Source of the DNA: Clostridia bacterium
GTDB taxonomy: Bacteria; Bacillota; Clostridia; TANB77; CAG-465
Length of the DNA: 64,000 nt
Direction: 5' to 3'
NCBI GenBank assembly: GCA_017626395.1
Contig: JAGAIU010000011.1
Span: 20,917-84,916, forward strand
Shown one piece after another: positions 1 through 9,213 of the stretch. Each line of letters begins with the position of its first letter. Position 1 is the stretch's first letter. The position numbers were made by a program, and so were the translations under genes. The notes beneath the pieces are model-generated. The model worked only from the letters and a program-made list of their open reading frames with translations, did not search any database and was not told the origin of the DNA.

Positions 1-1081
1 CGCTTTTTTCGCAATATTTAATGAATTTACCATCTAATTGAACAGTAATATACTGCTTTCTAGATGTCGGCAAATCATGCTGTAAATCAACAGCAATTTC
101 GTAATCGCTTCGATAATTAATTAAATTATTCTGAAATTCCACATTAATACGTGAATCTGGACCAAAATTAAACCAATAATTCTCAAAAAAGCTATTTCGC
201 ATGTCACGAATGAGTACCTTACTGTTAAAATGTCTTACAGCTTCAATGATTTCACCCCAATTCCAACAAATCAAATAAGGCAAAGACCTCCCACCAGCCG
301 ACAAATAATTAATTCGGTCAGCAAGTGCATAATTACTTAAATTAATACTTCCACAAGCAACCACGTCCACGCACAACCACTCACCATGATAATCACCACA
401 TAAAAAAAAGCCATTATCATTATGAACCCAACGAAAATCAGAAACACTAGGAGAAACAACAACAGGGAAATTGCAACCACTCACAAAATCATCCACCTCA
501 ACAAAAAAATCAACAGGCAAATCATCAATTAATTGCACATTTAAGCAATCAATTCCTTTATTAACATAAAAAATCTGACACAAAATAGAATAAATAGCCC
601 TATCACCTTGCAATCTATACACAGAAATAGCCGAATTTAAATCAAAATTAAGGTTTTCATTACGCCCACAAGCCTCTAAAAAGGCTAAAAAATCAAATTT
701 TTGCTCTAAAAAATCATAAATTTTCTCTTTTAAATGCTTTGGACCCTTTTGATTATCAACAAATCTTGATATACGATTTCTACTGCTACCATCGCAAAAA
801 TCCACTTTATCAACGAATTTTTTGCCAAAAAATAGGAAAATAGCTGGATAAAAGCCTGCAATTTCGTCAAAATTACCCTCATTTGCTAATTTCATAACCT
901 TTTGAACACTAATATCTTTATTAATTGCTTGAATAATAGACCCTCTATTCTCTTTGGATTTACCTTTTTTTGATAATTTAGAGCCCCAACCAGGACCTAA
1001 AACATACGAAAACCAAGGTATTTCATAAGGTTTTTCATCAATTAATTCGCCAATTTTCTTAATATTAATCGTTTTAGCCAT
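1..1081 (-). CDS. hypothetical protein, 3'-truncated at window edge (N-terminal 360 aa present); early/replication-side gene
   Basis: Manual reverse-complement translation from the ATG at 1081..1079 (MAKTINIKKIGELIDEKPYEIPWF...) runs to position 1 with no stop. It is absent from the ORF track only because it is incomplete. A weak Glu-x-Asp (FFVEVDDF) plus GDYHGEW pattern is insufficient to name a family. Confidence 0.5.
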   Translation of the reverse strand, partial: MAKTINIKKIGELIDEKPYEIPWFSYVLGPGWGSKLSKKGKSKENRGSIIQAINKDISVQKVMKLANEGNFDEIAGFYPAIFLFFGKKFVDKVDFCDGSSRNRISRFVDNQKGPKHLKEKIYDFLEQKFDFLAFLEACGRNENLNFDLNSAISVYRLQGDRAIYSILCQIFYVNKGIDCLNVQLIDDLPVDFFVEVDDFVSGCNFPVVVSPSVSDFRWVHNDNGFFLCGDYHGEWLCVDVVACGSINLSNYALADRINYLSAGGRSLPYLICWNWGEIIEAVRHFNSKVLIRDMRNSFFENYWFNFGPDSRINVEFQNNLINYRSDYEIAVDLQHDLPTSRKQYITVQLDGKFIKYCEKS

Positions 1082-1424
1082 TAAACCACCTACTAACAGT
1101 ATCATAAAAATCTTTTATTTTCATTAACTCATCATATTCAGACTTATCAATAGTAATTTTAGTTTTATACCAATCGTCGATATAATTAGGCATGATATTG
1201 TTTAAGTCTGAAATATTGTCTTTATCCCATGAACCTTCAAAAATAGCTATTTTAGAAGCATTTCTTTTGCAATAATCGAGAAATTCTTCTTCTGTGTACT
1301 CATTTTTAAATATATAACATAAATCATTAAATCTGTAGATAAAAGCCAACTCTGTCTCAATAGGAGTATCGCTTGGATACTTCTGTAATTCATTAATTAA
1401 GCTAGTAGTTGTGTATTTAGTCAT
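1074..1424 (-). CDS. hypothetical protein (116 aa)
   Basis: Complete ORF, co-oriented and tightly packed with the neighbouring minus-strand genes. No recognisable motif. Confidence 0.45.
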   Translation of the reverse strand: MTKYTTTSLINELQKYPSDTPIETELAFIYRFNDLCYIFKNEYTEEEFLDYCKRNASKIAIFEGSWDKDNISDLNNIMPNYIDDWYKTKITIDKSEYDELMKIKDFYDTVSRWFNG

Positions 1425-1432
1425 AAAATCAC

Positions 1433-1807
1433 CTAATTTTTATTAAAATTTGTCTTATCTTTTAACCCAATTTCCTTAAAATAGCTATCAACAGTTCTTG
1501 GATTAATACCCATTTCAGAAGCAATTTCTTGCCTTGAAAAGCCCATTTTAACCAATTTTTCACATTGATAGACCCTATTTTTACGATTTTGAGTCCTTTT
1601 ATCGTCATCTCGAGATAAATCATGCTCATTTACATATCTTGATATTTTAGAGCGATGAATGCCAGTTAAATCTTGAATAATTCGGAGAGAATACCCCTCC
1701 TGCCATAAAATAAGTGCTTGCTTAAATGAATCAGTAATTGATTGCGTAATTAAGCGATTAATTACTTGCTCACCTGATTGCTTACGAACGTCATAACTGT
1801 CCATCAC
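1433..1807 (-). CDS. helix-turn-helix DNA-binding protein (putative transcriptional regulator)
   Basis: Two HTH-like segments (LRIIQDLTGIHRSKISRYV and FSRQEIASEMGINPRTVDSYFKEIG). Lies in the early module, divergent from the structural genes. Confidence 0.5.
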   Translation of the reverse strand: MMDSYDVRKQSGEQVINRLITQSITDSFKQALILWQEGYSLRIIQDLTGIHRSKISRYVNEHDLSRDDDKRTQNRKNRVYQCEKLVKMGFSRQEIASEMGINPRTVDSYFKEIGLKDKTNFNKN

Positions 1808-2086
1808 CTACACCTCTTTAAAGAAAATATCCACCTTGGAAAGAATATGGTCAGAGTTAAAAAGTGGATTATAAATGAGTTCATCGAAGATATGCATTTT
1901 ATTATCCAAAACTTCAGGTGTATATCTATCAACAAGAATAGAAATAGTTATATTTAATAAAACACCTTCAGATTCATAATCTGGAGATGGTATGATATGA
2001 GTAACAAACGCATCATCGCCAAAAACAGTCATAACAGCATTATCAATACTAATTAATAGTTTTCCTAAATCTCTTGTCATTGTCAT
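1808..2086 (-). CDS. hypothetical protein (92 aa)
   Basis: Complete ORF. Its stop abuts the start of the downstream ORF 1433..1807 (1807/1808), consistent with the same minus-strand operon. Confidence 0.4.
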   Translation of the reverse strand: MTMTRDLGKLLISIDNAVMTVFGDDAFVTHIIPSPDYESEGVLLNITISILVDRYTPEVLDNKMHIFDELIYNPLFNSDHILSKVDIFFKEV

Positions 2087-2180
2087 AATGTCTCACTATA
2101 ATTTATAAAGTATATAAATGTCTTACTGCAAAAAAATTAAAGTCTTATATATATGTAAATTATTATATATAAATGTTACT
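2087..2180. promoter_or_regulatory. divergent intergenic/switch region between the leftward early genes and the rightward virion genes
   Basis: Short AT-rich spacer with TATA-like tttataaagtatataaa between the minus-strand gene ending at 2086 and the plus-strand gene. A more plausible start for the plus gene is the ATG at 2181 (MTDYY...). Confidence 0.3.
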
Positions 2181-4109
2181 ATGACAGACTATTACATTGG
2201 GTCAGATAATATTACAGGAACAGAGCGAGCAGACATGGAAGCTATCGCAAAAAAATTAGAAGAATGTGGTAATACATGTGAAATAGGCTCTGTAACACCA
2301 GAACAAGAATCTGCGTCATATGGAGTAGATAAAAGTAAAACTTTTATTTTCCTAGTTGGTGGAGTAGCACCAGCAACATATTGGTCATTTAAATGTGCAG
2401 TAGAAGCTGGAAGTAGTCCACATACAATATTCGCACATGCAGGATGGACAGCAAATGACCCTAGTCGTCCTATGATAAGTGAAGACAAGGCATTAAATTA
2501 TGATTTTGTACCAGAACATGATGCTGGTGGTTTTGCCGATGAATCAAGAATGAAACAAGATGCTGGAGATGCAAAAACTGTCGGAGAATATTTTCAAAAA
2601 TATTCACAGTACATTACTTTTTGTTACAGCAAAGAAGGACCTGAACAATTAGCTGAACAGATATGTAATGGAACATGTGCATCTGGTAATAGTGGAAGTA
2701 GTAATGGAAGTGATACATCATCAAATACAGGTGCATCAGCTGTTTTAATTAAAGATGTTACTTTTTATGGGGTTATTAAACAAATTATTGGTGCAATTGA
2801 TGGGATTTTTATTATTGCAAATAATATGGCTTATTTATTAACTTTTCAAGATATGTATAAATATAGAGATAAATTTGAAGATAATATTCCAAAAATTGAG
2901 CCAAAATATATATTATACGATTCTTTTGAAAAAAAATGGACACCAACAGCATGTTATAATGCAGTTGAAGTAACTTATGCAGATGGTACGATTAGATATC
3001 AAAATGATGCATTAGTAAGACAATATGGTGATAATACATTTTATTATGATTTCCCTAGTGATGATGCAGAAACAGCTAAAAGTAAAGCAAGTGCTTTATT
3101 AGCTGCACATATACGTGATTACAGTACAGATATTCAATTAAGTATTTTTTATAACGAAAATATAACTGTAGGTTCATGGGTGAAAATTCCAAAAACTTTA
3201 ACAGAAGTTAAAGGACGAACACGTCAAGATAGAATTGAAGAACTTGCAAAAAAACAAAATAAAGATATAAAAAAGAAAAGAAAAGGCGTTAATATTACTA
3301 ATATGACAGAAGAATTAGTAAAACAAGCTGATAATAGTTATAAAAAAGTACAACATTTGACTGATGAAAAGGGCAAAAAAATTGATATTGAATTAGAAAA
3401 TAAAGATTATGATTTATTTTTTGTACAAGGTTTTACTTGTAGATGGAATAAAAAACATTCATTAATTATGGATTTACACTTAAAATATGGTCCAGATACA
3501 CCTGAAGACCCTATTAACGCTACTATATCAACAGGTGGAGGCACATCATCTACACCATCAAATGGTAATAGTGGTACAGCTTCTTGGGGTAATGATTGTT
3601 TTAGTATTTGTGATATCTGTATTGAAGATTGCAGAAAAGTTTTAGGATATGGTGGTGGTAGGCGACAAGACGCCGAAGAATATATTAGAAAGCATGAACC
3701 TGACTCTAAATATTTACAAGGTAGAGCTAAACAAGATTCACAATACGCAAAAGATGTAGCTGGTAAAACAGCTCAAGAAGCGTATACAATGTTTAGAAAT
3801 AAATTTGATTATGCTTGTTATTCAGATTCATGTGATAGCTCATATCCATGTTGTGATGATTTATGGACAAAAACTAAAGCAGCAAACTGTGGAGACTCAA
3901 CAAGAATGTTAAAAGTACTCATGGATGCTGTTGGAGTACCATGTTATGGTATTCATGTAGATGGTCATTATTTTAATGCAGTACAAGTAGATGGAACATG
4001 GCATACGTTAGATGGAACAAGAGGACCTACTAATAGTTCTTGTAATTTTCCAGATTCTGGTAATTATGGGTATGGGTCAAATAACTGTGGAGGAGGTCCA
4101 TGTCAATGA
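2118..4109 (+). CDS. Pei-like transglutaminase-fold cysteine peptidase domain protein (putative pseudomurein endoisopeptidase/lytic protein); true start may be ATG at 2181
   Basis: C-terminal ANCGDSTRMLKVLMDAVGVPCYGIHVDGHYFNAVQVDGTWHTLDGT has the Cys...His...Asp spacing of the transglutaminase/PeiW-PeiP catalytic core. Gly/Ser/Asn-rich linkers. Sits immediately upstream of terminase, as lysis genes do in lambda-like phages. Confidence 0.55.
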   Translation: MSYCKKIKVLYICKLLYINVTMTDYYIGSDNITGTERADMEAIAKKLEECGNTCEIGSVTPEQESASYGVDKSKTFIFLVGGVAPATYWSFKCAVEAGSSPHTIFAHAGWTANDPSRPMISEDKALNYDFVPEHDAGGFADESRMKQDAGDAKTVGEYFQKYSQYITFCYSKEGPEQLAEQICNGTCASGNSGSSNGSDTSSNTGASAVLIKDVTFYGVIKQIIGAIDGIFIIANNMAYLLTFQDMYKYRDKFEDNIPKIEPKYILYDSFEKKWTPTACYNAVEVTYADGTIRYQNDALVRQYGDNTFYYDFPSDDAETAKSKASALLAAHIRDYSTDIQLSIFYNENITVGSWVKIPKTLTEVKGRTRQDRIEELAKKQNKDIKKKRKGVNITNMTEELVKQADNSYKKVQHLTDEKGKKIDIELENKDYDLFFVQGFTCRWNKKHSLIMDLHLKYGPDTPEDPINATISTGGGTSSTPSNGNSGTASWGNDCFSICDICIEDCRKVLGYGGGRRQDAEEYIRKHEPDSKYLQGRAKQDSQYAKDVAGKTAQEAYTMFRNKFDYACYSDSCDSSYPCCDDLWTKTKAANCGDSTRMLKVLMDAVGVPCYGIHVDGHYFNAVQVDGTWHTLDGTRGPTNSSCNFPDSGNYGYGSNNCGGGPCQ

Positions 4110-5695
4110 ATTATAGTGAAGATGTGGCAAAAAAAATTGCATTTGTAAAAAAATGTAAAGAAGATATCGTATTTTTTGCTGAACATTTATTACGTTCTGA
4201 AGATGGTGGATATTATAAATTAGAACCACATCAAAAAGCTATGGTAACATCAAAAGAAGGACAAGTCGTATATTTTTGTGGAAGAAGGCTTGGTAAATCT
4301 TTCATGTTAGCAACAGAAGCCATTCATCGTGCAATGTTTGAAAAATATCAAAAAGTTTTTGTTTTAAGCCCAACAGAGAACCAAGCTAAAGAATTAGCTG
4401 AAACCATTACTGGTATGATTGAAAGAAGTACTTTAATTGAAAATGAAATAAAATTAAACAATGTTATGGAAAAGAAGTTTAAAAATGGTTCTCGTATCGT
4501 TATAAGAACAGGTGGTGGACGTGGTTCAGTTTCATCTATCATTGGTTCAGGTGCTAATTTATTAATTATTGACGAAATTCAAGACGTAAGTGATGAATTA
4601 ATCAGTAAAATTATTCCAGTTATGCGTGGACAAAGAGGAGCAGCTAAATTTATTGTAGCAGGAACACCAAGGGACAGAAGTGGATTTTTATACGAATCAC
4701 TTGAAAACGCACCAAGAGTATGGGACGATGGTAAATGGTATGAATATCCAGAAAATACTGGTAATTTTACAGTATACAGACAACAAACATGTTATATGGA
4801 TGAAAACGAAAATATTATACGCTCAAGTACACCACGTATTACAATACAAGAATTAAAAGAAGATTACGAAAATATCCCAAGATTACAGTTTTTACAAGAA
4901 TATTGTCTTGACTTTATGAGTAGTGTATCAGATGTATATTCAGAAGACTTAAGAGAATATTGCTTATATAAACCAACTGAAGATTATCCATTTAGTAGTT
5001 TTAATCCAGTTGTAGCTGGTATTGATATTGGAAAAATGCGTAATGAAACTGTTTTATATATAGCTGAAGTTATTCCAAAACCACAACTTGAATACAAAAG
5101 CTATAAAGTATTAGACTTAAAATGGGTTAAAGAATTCCCATTAGGAACTGATTATACAGACATTGAAGATTATTTAAGTTATGAATTACCTAAATTATTC
5201 CCTAATTTATTTAGAATTGTTGTAGATGCTACAGGTGTTGGAGAAGCTATTTGTGAAGTGCTACAAAAGAGAGCACGCAAAAGTAGAGCAAAATATATTG
5301 TAGAACCTTTTAAATTTAGTAAGGAAAAGAAAAAAGATTTAGTAGAAAGTGGTGTAGCTGCTTTAGAAAGAGGACAAGCTAAAGTAGTATGGAGTAAACG
5401 TTTAGAGCATGAAATGCGTGGATATAAACGTGAACTAACTGATTCTAATAATTATGTTTATCAAAAAACTGCTGGTTCAGATGATTATGTCGACTCAATG
5501 AATCTTTGTCTTTATAATATTGTGTTAGGTTTAATGGATAGTGTTCCAGCTGCTATTGAAATTGTACCTAAAACATTACCTAGACAATTTGGACAAAAAA
5601 GTGAAGATAAGACAGTTATCAATCAACCTACAAGACGTGGTCGTAAAAGACGTCCTAATAGAAGAATAGTTAATAGTAAAAGGAGAAGATATTAA
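4100..5695 (+). CDS. terL: terminase large subunit
   Basis: Walker A-like YFCGRRLGKSF. Walker B LLIIDEIQD. Downstream RNase H-like nuclease region (VVAGIDIGK...VVDATGVG). 531 aa. Followed directly by a portal-sized gene. Confidence 0.85.
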   Translation: MSMNYSEDVAKKIAFVKKCKEDIVFFAEHLLRSEDGGYYKLEPHQKAMVTSKEGQVVYFCGRRLGKSFMLATEAIHRAMFEKYQKVFVLSPTENQAKELAETITGMIERSTLIENEIKLNNVMEKKFKNGSRIVIRTGGGRGSVSSIIGSGANLLIIDEIQDVSDELISKIIPVMRGQRGAAKFIVAGTPRDRSGFLYESLENAPRVWDDGKWYEYPENTGNFTVYRQQTCYMDENENIIRSSTPRITIQELKEDYENIPRLQFLQEYCLDFMSSVSDVYSEDLREYCLYKPTEDYPFSSFNPVVAGIDIGKMRNETVLYIAEVIPKPQLEYKSYKVLDLKWVKEFPLGTDYTDIEDYLSYELPKLFPNLFRIVVDATGVGEAICEVLQKRARKSRAKYIVEPFKFSKEKKKDLVESGVAALERGQAKVVWSKRLEHEMRGYKRELTDSNNYVYQKTAGSDDYVDSMNLCLYNIVLGLMDSVPAAIEIVPKTLPRQFGQKSEDKTVINQPTRRGRKRRPNRRIVNSKRRRY

Positions 5696-7053
5696 TGCCC
5701 ATTGTAGCAACACAGCCACATAAACGAAAATTAACAAAAAAAGATTTTATCCTAAATAAAAGACCCATGCCAAATGGCAAAACAACTTATAATTTTGCTG
5801 GCGATGTAAAAAAACATGGTCAAACAAGTTACTCACAAAATTTTGCAACTTATAATGATATTTATGGTGCCGAAGATGTTGATTACGATTTAATTGATGG
5901 TTTATATCATTCTACTATATTAAATCGTGTTATTAAAAAAATTGCATCAGATGCAGTACCTGAAATGTTTAAAGTTCAAATCATTGATTTAAATGGCGAA
6001 CGTATGGATGAACTTGAGCAATTAGTAATGATATATTTAGCTCATTTAAAAAGAAAACACATTAATCAATTATTTAATTATACCATGAGATATGGTACTG
6101 GTTTTTTATATATTGGTAATAAACAAGAAGACCAACTTGTTAATATGTTTTGTTTACATCCTAAAGATTTAAAACCAGAAATGGATGAATCTACAGGAGA
6201 AATTAAAGAATGGAAGTATACAACTCAAGATGGTGAAATATTAATTCCAGACGAAGATTTATTACGTTTTCCATATGACCCAGATATTGGAGAAGTCTAT
6301 GGTATGTCATTTATTGGAAAATTAGTTCAAACATTACATTTAATGTTAAATACTGAATTAAATCTTGCAGAAATTGTAGATAAGTATGCCATTCCAATTT
6401 TACAATGGTTAGTCGAAGTAGGAGACGACGAAGAAGTTGAAGATGACGAATTATATGAAATATTCGATTCCATACAAGAACAATTTACATATCAAAACGA
6501 TGTTATTACAACAAGTAGGATTACAACCGATGTTGTTGGGTTTGCACAAAGTCAATATGATATGGAATCAACATTATCCCAATTAAAAGAATCTTTTGGT
6601 TTATTAACTTTTCCAATGGCAATTATTGGTGGACGTAGTGATAACTTAAGTTCAATTAAAGTACAAGTAGCTCAATACACAAACGACTTACAAGATATAC
6701 AAATGTGTTTTTCTGATGAATTAATCGAGCAAGTAATTGAAGTTTTTTTAAGTCAAGAAGGATATGAACCAGGTCTTGATTACGCAAGTATATCTGTAAT
6801 TTTCCCAGTTCTTACAGCAGAATCAAATGCTGATACATCTATATGGTTATTCCCAGCTATTCGTATGGGACTTATTAGCAGAGATGAAGCACGTGCTCAA
6901 TTAAAATTCAGAGGTAAAGCTATGAAAATTGAAGACCTTGAATTTATTGACCCAACTGCGACATATCTACAAGAAATGGCTTTAGAACAGCAAGCAGCTG
7001 ACCCAGATGAGCCAAGTAATAAAGATGGTAGGGGAGACCCAGGTAGTGATTAA
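5695..7053 (+). CDS. portal protein (candidate)
   Basis: 452 aa with an acidic C-terminus. Start overlaps the terminase stop (taATG). Sits between terminase and the prohead protease. No motif verified. Confidence 0.5.
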   Translation: MPIVATQPHKRKLTKKDFILNKRPMPNGKTTYNFAGDVKKHGQTSYSQNFATYNDIYGAEDVDYDLIDGLYHSTILNRVIKKIASDAVPEMFKVQIIDLNGERMDELEQLVMIYLAHLKRKHINQLFNYTMRYGTGFLYIGNKQEDQLVNMFCLHPKDLKPEMDESTGEIKEWKYTTQDGEILIPDEDLLRFPYDPDIGEVYGMSFIGKLVQTLHLMLNTELNLAEIVDKYAIPILQWLVEVGDDEEVEDDELYEIFDSIQEQFTYQNDVITTSRITTDVVGFAQSQYDMESTLSQLKESFGLLTFPMAIIGGRSDNLSSIKVQVAQYTNDLQDIQMCFSDELIEQVIEVFLSQEGYEPGLDYASISVIFPVLTAESNADTSIWLFPAIRMGLISRDEARAQLKFRGKAMKIEDLEFIDPTATYLQEMALEQQAADPDEPSNKDGRGDPGSD

Positions 7054-7236
7054 ATGGAGATAGATAATAAAACTGTTATTATTGTTGGTGTATTAATTAT
7101 GGGGTATATATCTCTATTTACACACTATAATGATTTAGCATTAGCAGTAACTTCAGGTCTGTTAGGATACCTTACAAAAGAAGCTACAGATTATATTAGC
7201 AACTCTATACACCAAGATAATGAATTCAATAAATAA
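7054..7236 (+). CDS. small membrane protein (60 aa)
   Basis: Hydrophobic stretch VIIVGVLIMGYISLF. Start abuts the stop of the portal candidate (7053/7054). Confidence 0.35.
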   Translation: MEIDNKTVIIVGVLIMGYISLFTHYNDLALAVTSGLLGYLTKEATDYISNSIHQDNEFNK

Positions 7237-7264
7237 TCCCATAATCAAGTAATTAAGTGATTAA

Positions 7265-7495
7265 ATGAAGCCAGGATTAAATACGTATAAAAAAGCATAC
7301 AAAAAATGTGAAGAAGGATTAAAAATAAAAAAACACGCAACAAGTGCTGAATTATTAAATTGGTTGATAGAGAATTATAATCTATATTCATTAAATATAA
7401 CACCAAAAGGTATAACCTATTATTTAAAAACAAAAGGGTACCCCAAGAAACGTAAGTATGACACTAAACCCTATGTTTTTTACTATAAGGAATAA
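7265..7495 (+). CDS. small basic protein, possible DNA-binding (76 aa)
   Basis: Lys/Tyr-rich and co-oriented with the operon. Preferred over the overlapping antisense ORF 7245..7433. Confidence 0.3.
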   Translation: MKPGLNTYKKAYKKCEEGLKIKKHATSAELLNWLIENYNLYSLNITPKGITYYLKTKGYPKKRKYDTKPYVFYYKE

Positions 7496-7593
7496 AATAT
7501 TCCTTAAAAACTTTTTTTCTTTTTATACATTAGAGAAAATATTTACAAACAGCTTACATAAGATAAGCTAAATTTTTGGAGAAAGTGATTTGA

Positions 7594-8703
7594 ATGAAAC
7601 AAACCTTCTCATTAAATTCAAATTTTTCTTTAACGCATAACGATGATGGAAGCACACAACTACAAGGGTACGCTATTCATGGTGGAGAAGATTTTATAGT
7701 CAATGGAATCTTTGAAGTACCAGAATCAGAAATGCAAAATTGTGCACGTAGTTTAAAAGGTGCAAAACTTATGAAAGACCATGACACATTTCATGTAGAC
7801 TCTATTATCGGAAGAGTTAATAAAACTAAAAAACAATTTGATGAGGACGCCGAAATGATGGGTGTTCATTATGATGCATCGTTAGTAGTAGACGATAGTA
7901 GTCTCGCTAAAAAAATAGAAGAAGGACTTATAGATGCAACATCAATAGGATTTAGTTTTGAACCTGAATGCTCAATATGTGGAAATCCTTATTTTAGCGA
8001 AGAATGTGAACACAGTTTATGGTGGGACGATATGCATTTAGTATGTAGGGATATGGAATGCCATGAATTATCTTTAGTTACATTTGGAGCAGACCCACAC
8101 GCTACTGTATCAGGTGCTCTTGACGCTAAAAGTATTGATAAAATTAAAGAAAACTTTGAAAAACAAAAGGAAGAATTACTTATGGCAAACGAAGATAATA
8201 CAGTTGAAACTTTAAAAAGTGAAAACCTTGAGTTATCTCAAAAAGTTTCTGATTTAGAAGCTCAATTAAAGCAAAAAGAAACTGATTTTCAAAAAGAAAA
8301 AGATTCATTAGAAACTCAACATCAAGAAGAAGTTTTAACTTTACAACAAGAAAAAAATGCTTTAGAAGATGAAGTAAAAGAAATGCAAGAAGAATTATCT
8401 GCATTTAGAGCTGAAGCTGAATCAAAAATGGCTGAAGCATTAAAAGCTAAACAAGACGAAATGTTTGAATTAGCTAAAAGACTTGATTTTGAAGAACAAA
8501 TTAATGAGGAAAGAATTTCTGACGAAGAATACGTTGATGACAAACTCGCTATGCTTCACAGAGTAGATGAAAAACTCAATCCACAAAAAGAAACTGTTCC
8601 AAAATATAAAAACGAACAAGTTGACCATCAAGCAGGCGAAAAAGAAACTGAACGTGTTGCATTCGGTTCTGCATCCAAATACTTTACTTATGGGGGCAAC
8701 TAG
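7594..8703 (+). CDS. prohead protease (HK97 S78/U35-like) fused to a coiled-coil scaffolding domain
   Basis: N-terminal GYAIHGGEDF...GAKLMKDHD...IGRV resembles the HK97-family prohead protease signature. Four-Cys cluster CSICGNPYFSEECEH...CRDMECHE. C-terminal 180 aa is heptad-rich and E/K/Q coiled coil (LEAQLKQKETDFQKEKDSLETQHQEE...). RBS ggagaaagtga. Confidence 0.6.
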   Translation: MKQTFSLNSNFSLTHNDDGSTQLQGYAIHGGEDFIVNGIFEVPESEMQNCARSLKGAKLMKDHDTFHVDSIIGRVNKTKKQFDEDAEMMGVHYDASLVVDDSSLAKKIEEGLIDATSIGFSFEPECSICGNPYFSEECEHSLWWDDMHLVCRDMECHELSLVTFGADPHATVSGALDAKSIDKIKENFEKQKEELLMANEDNTVETLKSENLELSQKVSDLEAQLKQKETDFQKEKDSLETQHQEEVLTLQQEKNALEDEVKEMQEELSAFRAEAESKMAEALKAKQDEMFELAKRLDFEEQINEERISDEEYVDDKLAMLHRVDEKLNPQKETVPKYKNEQVDHQAGEKETERVAFGSASKYFTYGGN

Positions 8704-9201
8704 ATGAGTGATATAACAGGTGACGCAATTACTGTACACGCAGCTGAAGATATCGTAAAAGCTATTGAACCAGTTGGAAGAACATCAGCTAAACAACAAC
8801 TTGTAAAAGCAATTGAAATGACAGCTACTGGAGCAAAATTAGCATCTTCTTCTACTAAACCTGAAGACTTTATTGGAGTAGTTAAAGCTGTTTCTGGAGA
8901 AGCAGTTATGTACTACGCTCAATCAAGAAACATTTCTTCACCTATTAGAGGAGCAAGTTTTATTCCTGCACCATTCTTTGAAGGACCAGTAGATGTACCT
9001 GCTGGAGCTGCATTAACAGTCGAAAGACATTGCATCAGTTATGTAATGGGAGCTACTAATATTAAATTTAATGATAATCTTGCATTAGATAATGATGGTA
9101 AATTTAAAGTAGCTAGTGGTAGTGACGCAGTCGTTGCAAAAGCAAAGTCTGACGCAGATGCAAATGGTGTTGTTAGAGCATCCATTTTGAGGACTGTATA
9201 G
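8704..9201 (+). CDS. hypothetical head protein (decoration/accessory candidate)
   Basis: 165 aa, Ala/Gly/Val-rich. Lies between the protease-scaffold and capsid candidates. Confidence 0.4.
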   Translation: MSDITGDAITVHAAEDIVKAIEPVGRTSAKQQLVKAIEMTATGAKLASSSTKPEDFIGVVKAVSGEAVMYYAQSRNISSPIRGASFIPAPFFEGPVDVPAGAALTVERHCISYVMGATNIKFNDNLALDNDGKFKVASGSDAVVAKAKSDADANGVVRASILRTV

Positions 9202-9213
9202 GAGGAATAAAAT

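Noticed and set aside
2192-2488. Minus-strand ORF of 98 aa
   Set aside because: Entirely antisense to the well-supported plus-strand gene 2118..4109. AT-rich genomes throw up long antisense ORFs. No RBS or operon context.
4100-5695. A small terminase subunit immediately upstream of the large terminase
   Set aside because: The upstream gene is a 663-aa Pei-like peptidase, not a small oligomeric DNA-binding protein. No terminase small subunit could be identified, and none is reported rather than guessed.
8180-8739. Three overlapping minus-strand ORFs opposite the scaffold coiled-coil region
   Set aside because: Reverse complements of GAA/AAA-rich coiled-coil codons give long open F/L/S frames. 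No independent support.
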